DNA of 43,093 bases. It comes from a virus. The notes under the pieces were generated by a model. That model saw only the letters and a list, made by a program, of their open reading frames with translations. It searched no databases and was not told the origin of the DNA. The stretch spans positions 1-43,093 of the IMG/VR virus record IMGVR_UViG_3300045988_049952. One strand, 5' to 3'. How positions within the stretch are numbered: the stretch's first letter is position 1; the number at the start of each line of letters is the position of its first letter. Positions 1 through 7,685 of this stretch are shown here, one piece after another. The translations under genes were made by a program, and so were the position numbers.

Positions 1-55
1 CTCGCGCCCTCGCGGCTGCTCAGGCGTTCGTTCTTCCCGGCTGCCGCCATGCGGG
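1..55. repeat. Terminal direct repeat identical to 43039-43093 (circular-contig overlap; unit genome about 43,038 bp)
   Basis: Exact 55-nt identity between the first and last bases of the window, seen directly. The length matches a k=55 assembler overlap. Confidence 0.9.
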
Positions 56-157
56 ATAAATAGTACCTGCTGGATGCAGTTGACGGGGCTACTTTGGTCA
101 TAGTCTGCTTCACCTCCTTGGAGTAGGCTATTCTTGAATGATCTACATCCTCACAAA

Positions 158-400
158 TTAAATACAGGTATTTCCGTCATTCTCCTTCAAAAAATTAAGG
201 TCAATGTTCAGAAGCACTGCAAGTCGCGAGAGCAGCTTAAGGCTGGGGGTGTACCGCCCCCGTTCTACGTCTGCATAATAAGCCCTAGACACACCAACAG
301 CATCAGCGATCTGGTACTGTGTCATTCCAGACCGATCTCGTGCTTCCTTAATGACGGCTTCAATTCTTCCCATCAATATCACCCCCTCGATTCCTTGCAT
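158..400 (-). CDS. Cro/CI-type XRE-family HTH transcriptional regulator (first gene of the minus-strand early operon)
   Basis: 80-aa ORF with HTH motif QYQIADAVGVSRAYYADVERG. Divergent from the plus-strand repressor. SD GAGGGGGTGA lies upstream of the ATG. Confidence 0.8.
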   Translation of the reverse strand: MQGIEGVILMGRIEAVIKEARDRSGMTQYQIADAVGVSRAYYADVERGRYTPSLKLLSRLAVLLNIDLNFLKENDGNTCI

Positions 401-515
401 TTCCGTCGTCTTTTTTAGACTACAGTATTTCCGTCATTTTGTCAATAGTATTTCCGTCAAAAATGTTATATAATCAAAAAAGACGGAATAACCGCACAGC
501 GAAAGGATCTTCTTT
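401..515. promoter_or_regulatory. Divergent early/lysogeny promoter-operator region with direct repeats of TATTTCCGTCA
   Basis: Copies at 427-437 and 448-458, plus a degenerate copy at 398-408 and one at 169-179 inside the 3' end of the cro-like ORF. A TGTTATATAAT extended -10-like element (about 464-474) lies upstream of the 516 ATG. AAAGGA RBS. Confidence 0.65.
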
Positions 516-956
516 ATGAGTATTGGAGCTAAAATCCGAGAGGCGCGAAAAGTGGCGGGATTAACACAGGTGGAGCTTGCTCAAAAAACAAGCTTGTCTC
601 GCTCCTACATCGGAGATATTGAAAAAGATCGGTACAATCCAAGCCTTTCAACACTGGATTTAATTGCAAAAGCGACCGGGGTAGCTTTATCTGCTTTGGT
701 AGATGGTGACGATGTAGCTACTCCTCCTGCTCCTCCTGCTTCACTTCCTCCACTCACACCAAAAGATGAGCGCCAAATCACACGTGATTTAGAAAACATG
801 GTCGATTCGCTCAACGGCGCTGCAGCGATGAGCGACGATCCGGAGGATGAAGAGGATCGCGAGATGTTGAGAGCTGCTCTTCTGCACGCCATGACACTTT
901 CAAAACGCATGGCAAAGAAAAAGTTCACGCCTAAAAAGTATCGTCACGAGGATTGA
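516..956 (+). CDS. XRE-family HTH repressor (CI/ImmR-like) with a Pro/Ala-rich linker and C-terminal domain
   Basis: N-terminal HTH LTQVELAQKTSLSRSYIGDIEKDR. Divergent from the cro-like gene and immediately followed by an ImmA-like protease. Confidence 0.8.
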   Translation: MSIGAKIREARKVAGLTQVELAQKTSLSRSYIGDIEKDRYNPSLSTLDLIAKATGVALSALVDGDDVATPPAPPASLPPLTPKDERQITRDLENMVDSLNGAAAMSDDPEDEEDREMLRAALLHAMTLSKRMAKKKFTPKKYRHED

Positions 957-959
957 ACC

Positions 960-1385
960 ATGAGTCCGCGACAGGTTGCTATAGGGATAGCGGAACGTTA
1001 CAACACAAACAATCCATTTGATATCGCTCGTGAGCGCAACATCGGGATCCTGTATGAGCCGATGAAAACGACCTACGGGTTTTATGTTCGGTATCGCAGA
1101 TTTCAAAATATCATCTTGGATAATGCACTCGAGGAGCTGCAGCGATTTGTCTGCGCTCACGAACTTGCGCACTCGATTCTGCATGCCGATCTCAACGTGC
1201 CAAAACTCACACGCTATACGCTCTTCTCGCGAGACAAGTTCGAGGTGCAGGCAAATACTTTTGCTGTTGAACTGCTCCTGCCGGATGAATTGCTTCGCGA
1301 GTATGAAGGCTGCTCAATCTATCAGCTGTCGGCATCGATTGGCGTTCCGCAGGAGTTTGTCGATCTCAAGCGAATAGATCGTTGA
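960..1385 (+). CDS. ImmA/IrrE-family zinc metallopeptidase (anti-repressor protease)
   Basis: HEXXH motif HELAHSILH. Sits directly downstream of the repressor, the typical ImmR-ImmA arrangement. Confidence 0.75.
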   Translation: MSPRQVAIGIAERYNTNNPFDIARERNIGILYEPMKTTYGFYVRYRRFQNIILDNALEELQRFVCAHELAHSILHADLNVPKLTRYTLFSRDKFEVQANTFAVELLLPDELLREYEGCSIYQLSASIGVPQEFVDLKRIDR

Positions 1386-1400
1386 TGCGGAGGATTTCTT

Positions 1401-2207
1401 ATGCACACAAAGAAAAAAGCCGTCGAATTCCTTCTCTTCGACGGCTCAATGGATGGAATTGTTCTCGCATCGCGGAAAGGCTCGAATACGAGGGCTCTGA
1501 AATTTCCGCGCGATCATCTGGCAGATGCTGCCGGAGATATCCAGCAATGCAACATCGGCGTGTACTTTCTCTTCTACGAGAGAGAGCTGCTGGGCGTGGA
1601 GACGCTATACATCGGCGAATCCTCCAACCTATACAACCGCCTGCTGAATCATGCGAAGAATAAGGAGGATTGGATCACGGCGGTCGCCTTCTGCTCCGCC
1701 GATCTGAACAAGTCCATTCTGCACTTCGCGGAGCATGCACTCTGCCAAACGATCACGAACAACGGGCACACGGTAAAGACGAAGCAGTCGAATCAGAACA
1801 TCATGATTAGTGCCGGTGACGCTTTATTCGCAGAGGAATTCATGGATGAGATCAGCCTCTTTCTCAGTGCGTTCGGCTATAATGCTCTGCGTACTGTGGA
1901 GAAGAAAGGGGAATCCTTTTTCTGCAAGGCAAAGGACGCCGATGCGACCGGCTTCAAATCAAACGAGGGGTTCACAGTACAGAAGGGATCTCGCATCGCT
2001 TCAACTGTCGCCCCTGCCTTCACGACTTCAAACTACGCCATCATCCGCGATGCGCTGGAGCAGGATGGCGTCATCAAGGGCGGTGTGTTCCAGCGTGACC
2101 ATGGATTTAGCTCACCGTCTGCCGCAGCGTCCGTCGTCCTTGGAAACAGCAGCAACGGACGCCTCCTATGGAAGACAGCGGGCGGCGTGAAGCTGGGAGA
2201 TTTGTAA
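1401..2207 (+). CDS. GIY-YIG nuclease domain protein with C-terminal DUF4357-like domain
   Basis: GIY-YIG motifs VYFLFY...LYIGES.NLYNRLLNH and a downstream HFAEH. The C-terminal region resembles DUF4357 (KGSRIAS...SPSAAASVVLGNSSNG...WK). GCGGAGGA RBS. Confidence 0.6.
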   Translation: MHTKKKAVEFLLFDGSMDGIVLASRKGSNTRALKFPRDHLADAAGDIQQCNIGVYFLFYERELLGVETLYIGESSNLYNRLLNHAKNKEDWITAVAFCSADLNKSILHFAEHALCQTITNNGHTVKTKQSNQNIMISAGDALFAEEFMDEISLFLSAFGYNALRTVEKKGESFFCKAKDADATGFKSNEGFTVQKGSRIASTVAPAFTTSNYAIIRDALEQDGVIKGGVFQRDHGFSSPSAAASVVLGNSSNGRLLWKTAGGVKLGDL

Positions 2208-2220
2208 GGAGGTTATTGCC

Positions 2221-2682
2221 ATGAAAAAGTTGTTTCTATCGTTCCTGTTGGCTGCCTTTTTATCGCTGTCCATGGTATCAACAGCTTCTGCATCGTGGAT
2301 ATGGGCTGGATCGGATGACAAGGTAGGTATATTTTTCAAGCCAGAAAGCATAGAATTCGAGCATAAGGGCACCTTAATCAACGGAGATGTCGTTTACGTA
2401 TGGTGGTATATGTTATACGACGATGCCTATGCTCAAAGCCATCCATTCATGGGAAGAACTCTGAAAAAGGTCGTTACCTACGACAAACTGAACCTTGAGA
2501 AAGCGATGAGCAAAAGTCTAGACATAATTGCCTACGACGAGAACGGAGACGTTATTTATCAGGGCTCGGATGAGACGGTACGTCGCATTATCCCTGGATC
2601 GCATCATGAAGTCCTGTTTAATGCGGTAGCAAAATATGTACACGAGCACTTCGAAGAAGTAAGTGATCGTACGGTGAAATAA
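2221..2682 (+). CDS. Secreted protein of unknown function (signal peptide MKKLFLSFLLAAFLSLSMVSTASA)
   Basis: N-terminal Sec signal with an ASA cleavage motif and a strong AAGGAGG RBS. No recognisable domain. Confidence 0.6.
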   Translation: MKKLFLSFLLAAFLSLSMVSTASASWIWAGSDDKVGIFFKPESIEFEHKGTLINGDVVYVWWYMLYDDAYAQSHPFMGRTLKKVVTYDKLNLEKAMSKSLDIIAYDENGDVIYQGSDETVRRIIPGSHHEVLFNAVAKYVHEHFEEVSDRTVK

Positions 2683-2683
2683 A

Positions 2684-3790
2684 ATGCTCAGCAAACGCAA
2701 AGATGGACGCTATCAGTCAAGTGTCATCCTTGAGAACCCGATCACGGGCGAGAAGGTGCGGCGTTATTTCTACGCCTACACGCTGCAGGAACTTGAGGCT
2801 GAGCGGCGGCGCATTATGAATGCGAATATCTCGGACTTTCTGCTGGTTGAGACGTTCCACCGTTTCGCCGACGAGTTCCTCGCCATGAAGCGCGACGTGG
2901 ATAAACTCGAGGCTTCGACGCTCTCCACCTATCAGGGCTTTCTCACACGACATATCCTTCCGCGGATCCCACCGACCATGAAGATCGCCGATGTAAAGCC
3001 CGCCCTGCTGAAGCATGTCCTTGCACAGATCGACGGTGATCGGACAAGACAGGCAGTCTATACGCTCCTTCACTCCATATTCAAGGCGGCAAAATTTGAA
3101 CAACTGGTCGAGAACAATCCGATGGAGTTCATCCGTAAACCCAAGCACAAGGCGACGGCTGCGGGCATTGTCACGCCGGAGATCTATCACGCTCTCCTTG
3201 ACGTGATCCGCGGATCACAGACCGAGCATCTCTTTAAGTTCGCATGGGATACAGGCCTGCGCCGGGGTGAGATTGTCGCGCTGCGCTGGTCGGATTTTGA
3301 CGCAAAAGCAGCGACGATCCGCGTCTCAAAGGCACGCAAACGTGCAGCCGATGAGTACGAGGGTACAACAAAGACGGCATACAGTGCCCGCACGGTCACG
3401 CTCTCCCCTGCTGCCGTGCAGAATCTCCTCGCATGGAGGAAGACGCTCACGGCGATCCTCCTGCGGCAGGGTGTCCCTCTCACAAAGGACAGCTATCTTT
3501 TCCGCTCTCTGCGTGACGAGACACAGCCAATCACGCTGACGGCGGTGACGCATCTCTTCGCCGACCTCAAACAGCGGCTGCAGCTCCCCGCGGATCTGCG
3601 CTTTCACTCGTTCCGCCATACCCACGCGACGCTCCTTGCAGAGCAGGAGATCAGCGCGAAGAAGATACAGGTGCGTCTCGGTCACGCATCAGCCTCCTTC
3701 ACAATGGATAGATATGTGCACAACACGGAGCAGATGCAGGAGGGCGTCACCGAAAAAGTAGTCAAGTGTGAAGAGAAATATGGCCGATAA
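2684..3790 (+). CDS. int: Tyrosine site-specific integrase
   Basis: C-terminal catalytic signature R...HSFRHTHATLL...LGHASASFTMDRYVH (R-H-R-Y). An N-terminal SAM-like domain is present. Confidence 0.9.
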   Translation: MLSKRKDGRYQSSVILENPITGEKVRRYFYAYTLQELEAERRRIMNANISDFLLVETFHRFADEFLAMKRDVDKLEASTLSTYQGFLTRHILPRIPPTMKIADVKPALLKHVLAQIDGDRTRQAVYTLLHSIFKAAKFEQLVENNPMEFIRKPKHKATAAGIVTPEIYHALLDVIRGSQTEHLFKFAWDTGLRRGEIVALRWSDFDAKAATIRVSKARKRAADEYEGTTKTAYSARTVTLSPAAVQNLLAWRKTLTAILLRQGVPLTKDSYLFRSLRDETQPITLTAVTHLFADLKQRLQLPADLRFHSFRHTHATLLAEQEISAKKIQVRLGHASASFTMDRYVHNTEQMQEGVTEKVVKCEEKYGR

Positions 3791-3795
3791 ACGCC

Positions 3796-3826
3796 ATGAT
3801 GTCAAAAATGATGTCAAAAATAAAAA
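3796..3826. repeat. Integrase arm-type direct repeats (ATGATGTCAAAAATGATGTCAAAAAT), P arm
   Basis: Tandem ATGATGTCAAAA units. A second copy set at 4038-4063 flanks the tRNA-derived core. Confidence 0.55.
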
Positions 3827-3837
3827 TAGAACAGAAA

Positions 3838-3875
3838 AGGCCTCCGAGGCAAAACCTCGGAGGCCTTGATTTTAC
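3838..3875 (+). terminator. Rho-independent terminator after int (GGCCTCCGAGG-CAAAA-CCTCGGAGGCC then TTGATTTT)
   Basis: Perfect 11-bp stem followed by a T-rich tract. Confidence 0.7.
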
Positions 3876-3933
3876 TGGCAGAGAGGGTGGGATTCGAACC
3901 CACGGTGGCTCATCACCACACTTGATTTCGAGT
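3876..3933 (-). other. attP core: 3' fragment (about 58 nt) of a tRNA-Ser(CGA)-like gene, not an intact tRNA
   Basis: The reverse complement reads ...CUCGAAA(anticodon loop, CGA)...long variable arm GTGG-TGATGAG-CCAC...GTGGGTTCGAATCCCAC-CCTCTCTG-CCA. No matching 5' half (AGAGAGG...) lies nearby. Confidence 0.75.
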
Positions 3934-4037
3934 TTGTTATTCGGATTTTTAAAACGCAGGTATTTTGTGCGGTTGCTGATATATAAAGGAAACAGCTTTT
4001 GCGTATGGCTCGATATAACATCATCTAATCACCGTAT

Positions 4038-4063
4038 ATGATGTCAAAATGATGTCAAACTCC
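4038..4063. repeat. Integrase arm-type direct repeats (ATGATGTCAAAATGATGTCAAAC), P' arm
   Basis: Second copy of the ATGATGTCAAA motif seen at 3796-3826. Confidence 0.55.
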
Positions 4064-4068
4064 ACCAC

Positions 4069-4114
4069 GAAAAAAAACAGAGGGAGCGGCGCACGATACG
4101 CTGTCCCCTCTGTT
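4069..4114 (-). terminator. Rho-independent terminator ending the late/lysis operon (stem ACAGAGGGA...TCCCTCTGT then T8 on the minus strand)
   Basis: Inverted repeat 4077-4114 adjacent to an A8/T8 run. Confidence 0.7.
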
Positions 4115-4139
4115 CACTTATTCAGTTCTCCTTATGCAG

Positions 4140-4427
4140 TTATGCCTTGACCGTCGGCGTCAGCGACTTGTCGAGCACGAGGTGCACAAGCCACACGCCG
4201 CCCTGCATCACCGCAGGGAGGACGACGGCATCGCGCCAGTAGCACCAGCCGTGCTCATCCTTCGCCTGCTCCTTGATCTGCGTCACGAACTTATCGACCG
4301 CCTGCTCGATGGCGGGGATGCACTCAGAGAGGATCGTGCGCGTCACGCGCTGCTTGACCTCCTCGGTCACCTGATCGACGTTGATCTCCTTAACGATTGT
4401 GTCTCTGATGTCTGTCCACTTACTCAT
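4140..4427 (-). CDS. Small protein with C-terminal hydrophobic segment (tail-anchored; possible lysis accessory)
   Basis: ORF with AAGGAGAATCTATC-ATG RBS at the MSKWTD start. C-terminus AVVLPAVMQGGVWLVHLVL. Last gene of the lysis cassette. Confidence 0.45.
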   Translation of the reverse strand: MSKWTDIRDTIVKEINVDQVTEEVKQRVTRTILSECIPAIEQAVDKFVTQIKEQAKDEHGWCYWRDAVVLPAVMQGGVWLVHLVLDKSLTPTVKA

Positions 4428-4441
4428 GATAGATTCTCCTT

Positions 4442-5080
4442 TCACGGCGTTCCGCCGTTGTCCTTCCAATACTGCCTATACCAGTTTGCCTTGCCACGCA
4501 GCACGTCGCCGCCGCGCGTACCGTCTTCTGCCCACGGATTATACGTCGGGCTCTCCTCTGTACCGAGATACTCGAGGTCCCAGCGCTCGCAACCGTTTTT
4601 CGGCCCGTAGGGCTCGTGTGCATATACGCCGTCCTCGTTGTCCGCCGCCTCACCATGTGTCAGGACGCGCTGCTTGTCGATGGTCAGCCAGAGGCCGTTA
4701 CAGAGTGCGGCGATTGCCTGCGCCATGCCGTCGATCTGTAGAGACGTCGGAGACTCCTGCCCGAGATCGTCGGCCGTTGCTCCAACGCATCCGAGGATAC
4801 TGATGCTGACGCTCCCACTGTTGCGTTTCCACGTCGCGGCTAGCACGTCATCCAACTCACCGTCACCGATGACGTAGATCTCACCGTCCTTGTCAATCTG
4901 GACATGGTAGTCGTCCCAGTATTGACCGTAGTGCCCCGCCGACCAATGCAGGTACACTTTGATCTCGCGGCCAATATATTCGGCGGCCGCTTGAATGTTC
5001 TCCCGGTACTCTCCCGCGAGTGCCTCAAGTTCTGCCGGCGTCACCCGCCGCATCGCGGACTTACTCAATACGTGTGCCAT
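4442..5080 (-). CDS. Endolysin, N-acetylmuramoyl-L-alanine amidase (Amidase_2/PGRP fold)
   Basis: Motif KVYLHWSAGHYGQ... and T7-lysozyme/PGRP-like zinc ligands. Adjacent to the holin. Confidence 0.8.
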   Translation of the reverse strand: MAHVLSKSAMRRVTPAELEALAGEYRENIQAAAEYIGREIKVYLHWSAGHYGQYWDDYHVQIDKDGEIYVIGDGELDDVLAATWKRNSGSVSISILGCVGATADDLGQESPTSLQIDGMAQAIAALCNGLWLTIDKQRVLTHGEAADNEDGVYAHEPYGPKNGCERWDLEYLGTEESPTYNPWAEDGTRGGDVLRGKANWYRQYWKDNGGTP

Positions 5081-5538
5081 TATTTCTGCTCTCCTTTCTT
5101 CTCATTTTTCAGCTGTTCCAGTGTGTCACGCAGTTTCTTTGGGACAGGTACACCAGAGTTCGCGGCGTTCTCAACAATCGAAAGTCCCTCATTGCCGACG
5201 AAGAACCAGATCACAAGCACCCGCGCCGCCTCACCGCCCGTGAGATCGGAGATAAAATGTGCGAGGGCGACGATGGAGAGGATGAGCACTTTCTTGCAAA
5301 TCCCCCGAAAGCCGACCTTGCTGCTCCATCCACCAAGTTTGGGGTTGACTTTTGCGGCAAGCAAGCCGGTCACATAATCCATCCCCATGAGTACAAGAAG
5401 AGCTTCCATCGCTTTGTCCCATCCGCAAAGGTAGGCTATTAGCCCACCAGCTACTGCTACCATGCTCCCTGTCTCCACCTCCGTTCCTGTCGGCACGCAA
5501 TCTGCGAGCCATGTCAGCACACTCTGCATAGGCACCAC
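5080..5538 (-). CDS. Holin (phage_holin_4-like, multi-TM)
   Basis: 152 aa with several hydrophobic TM segments and a charged C-terminus KKLRDTLEQLKNEKKGEQK. Directly upstream of the amidase. Confidence 0.7.
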   Translation of the reverse strand: MVPMQSVLTWLADCVPTGTEVETGSMVAVAGGLIAYLCGWDKAMEALLVLMGMDYVTGLLAAKVNPKLGGWSSKVGFRGICKKVLILSIVALAHFISDLTGGEAARVLVIWFFVGNEGLSIVENAANSGVPVPKKLRDTLEQLKNEKKGEQK

Positions 5539-5597
5539 TCCTTTCTAAGCATTGAAAAAGCCGCCATGCCCTCATGACGGCTATTGTGCGCGCTGTC

Positions 5598-5763
5598 TTA
5601 TCCTGCGGTGTGTGTGACAACCCATTCCGCGACCTTTTCACGGTAGGGCTCTAGTACGACTGGCAAGTTTTTCTCGTTATCTTCCGGCGTGAGCGCGTAC
5701 TTCCCGCCTTTGACAAGGACGCCGTATGCGACGATCATCCAGCTGTAGATGACTGCTGCCATG
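5598..5763 (-). CDS. Small membrane protein (54 aa; XhlA-like position), not in the ORF track
   Basis: Starts with AGGAGGTGAATAAC-ATG. Hydrophobic N-terminus MAAVIYSWMIVAYGVLV. Sits between the XkdX-like gene and the holin. Confidence 0.45.
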
Positions 5764-5765
5764 TT

Positions 5766-6126
5766 ATTCACCTCCTTTCAGCTTTGCTTCGAGCGCGGCG
5801 AGGCGCGTCTGTATATTGACCATTCCCTCCATGACGGCAAGCTCCGTTTCGGGGATGGGCTGCACGTCCATTTCCTGCGGCTCCGTCTCCGTTGGCGGCG
5901 CAGAGACGGGCTTGCCTGTCTTAGCGTCGCGAATGTAGCCCGTGCCGTTGTCACCCGTGCCACGATTGCCGATATAGGTCTGATAGTCCTCATCGGAGAT
6001 GGGGATGTATCCGTCACCAATATATTTTTTGCGCTCCGTGTCCGTTGTGTAATGCACGCCACGGATAACTGTGCTCTTACGACGTCCAGCATCGTCAAAT
6101 TTTGCAAGATATTCCATAATCATCAC
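5766..6126 (-). CDS. Hypothetical phage protein (XkdX-like position downstream of tail fiber)
   Basis: 120-aa ORF at the fiber/lysis junction with a coiled-coil C-terminus. Confidence 0.4.
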
Positions 6127-6129
6127 TCC

Positions 6130-7026
6130 TTAAATGCCGATAGCGATATAGTCGACCGGGTAGATATCTGTGACCTCGCAAAAAATCTTGAAACCATGCA
6201 CGTCGATTTTCCGGGCTATCATACTGTCAGCCCTCGCGGCAGCGCCCATGGTATCCACCCCGTTACGCGATGCATTAAGAATGAATACAGCTGTCGGAAA
6301 AGCAATAGGATATGGTTCAACAATCCATTCCCTATTTCGGTTGATAATAGTCCCCCACTGCACAATTAACCCGTTGGCAAACTTGACCCATCCATTCTGC
6401 GCGAGGTTCCCTGCAACGATGCCCTGTTTCTCGATCTTGCCCTCAATCGCTTTAGCAAGCCCCTCTATAGAGTCCAGTCCGTTAAGTGCCGCGACCGCCT
6501 GTGCCACGAATGCCGTGCTTGCAATCTGATCGGTGCTCGTCCCCTTGCTCGCTGTCGGTACCGTCGGTGTGCCCGTGAGTGCAGGCGATGCGATTGGGGC
6601 TTTGTCGTCGACTACCCCGTCCTTCAGGTGCTCTTTTCCGATTGCTTTGTTGGCGATCTTTGCCCCTGTGACAGCCGCATCACGCAGTTTTGGCGTGGTG
6701 ACGCTCCCATCAGGATGATCGAGTTCGGCAGCGGTGCGGTGGGTGGTTATTCCTGCCGTGCCGCCGCTCTGAATGGCCTCCTCGAGGTTCCTTGTGATCC
6801 CCTCGACGTCACTGTCCATGCAGTCGCGCCCGCGATTAACGATCAGGTTAGCAATTGCCTTGCACATTGCCGACCATTGGTAGTACATCTTGTTGTGCAT
6901 CCGAGAGAGTGCCATGCCGGGAATAACCCCGCCGACGCGCTGCGTCGCCTCCTTGTACTCAGAGTCGTTGTACGTCCGCTCGGGCGTGTTTTCTTCGTTG
7001 AAAATCTGGAAGTTTGTTTTTGCCAT
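6130..7026 (-). CDS. Putative tail fiber / receptor-binding protein
   Basis: Position after the baseplate genes. Gly/Thr/Ala-rich central repeats and a C-terminal globular domain. Confidence 0.5.
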   Translation of the reverse strand: MAKTNFQIFNEENTPERTYNDSEYKEATQRVGGVIPGMALSRMHNKMYYQWSAMCKAIANLIVNRGRDCMDSDVEGITRNLEEAIQSGGTAGITTHRTAAELDHPDGSVTTPKLRDAAVTGAKIANKAIGKEHLKDGVVDDKAPIASPALTGTPTVPTASKGTSTDQIASTAFVAQAVAALNGLDSIEGLAKAIEGKIEKQGIVAGNLAQNGWVKFANGLIVQWGTIINRNREWIVEPYPIAFPTAVFILNASRNGVDTMGAAARADSMIARKIDVHGFKIFCEVTDIYPVDYIAIGI

Positions 7027-7040
7027 TATTCTGTTCCTCC

Positions 7041-7685
7041 TTACGTCCAGTAGCTGCCGTCGTATCCACTCATGCCGCCCGCAGGATCCTCGACATCGTA
7101 GGAAAAGGACACATCAGGCAGCGCGTTAGTCCAGTCAGCGTGATCGTATCCCTTGATCGTGTCTGTCTCGATGTCGTAGCCGAACACCGCACGATCAGCA
7201 AAATAATAATTAACGTGCACGCCCTGCGGCTTCGGGACGATCAATCCCTGCTGCACCATCTCTTTGGTGATCTGATCGTTGATGCCAATGGCGAGCACAT
7301 CGATGCTCATGTCTTGGTTATCCTGGATGATGATTCCTTTCCCAAAGAGCGCATTCCAGAGTTCTTTGATGTCGTAAATGCCGCCCTTCCACTGGTTCTT
7401 CGCGATCTTTGCCAACAGGAGTTTTCGATATGCGGCGTTGTCCAGTTCAGGAGAAATTCCTTTTCTCGGCTGGTACGGAAGCGTTCGCTCTGCCCCCACG
7501 AACTCGCCGAGAACATCCTCCTGCACACCTGTGGCATGGTCGATATCAAATTCATCATCCAGCTCGATCGCCAGCGCAAAAATATCATCCGACGGTGTAA
7601 GCAGTGCCGTAACTGTACGCATGAACTTCTCATGCACACGGTGCTGCGATGTCACGAGACCGAGGTATTCATCCATGAGTGCCAT
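7041..7685 (-). CDS. Baseplate/tail protein, DUF2313 (XkdU/YmfQ-like)
   Basis: Size and position after the baseplate J gene. Sequence features are consistent with the YmfQ family. Confidence 0.5.
   Translation of the reverse strand: MALMDEYLGLVTSQHRVHEKFMRTVTALLTPSDDIFALAIELDDEFDIDHATGVQEDVLGEFVGAERTLPYQPRKGISPELDNAAYRKLLLAKIAKNQWKGGIYDIKELWNALFGKGIIIQDNQDMSIDVLAIGINDQITKEMVQQGLIVPKPQGVHVNYYFADRAVFGYDIETDTIKGYDHADWTNALPDVSFSYDVEDPAGGMSGYDGSYWT

Noticed and set aside
158-956. Divergent small HTH gene pair as a toxin-antitoxin module
   Set aside because: Both genes are XRE-type DNA-binding proteins flanking an operator-bearing divergent promoter, and an ImmA protease follows. This is a classic repressor/cro switch, not a TA pair.
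3876-3933. Possible intact tRNA gene
   Set aside because: Only the 3' half is present (anticodon loop to CCA). No complementary 5' acceptor or D-arm lies upstream, so it is an attP core rather than a functional tRNA.
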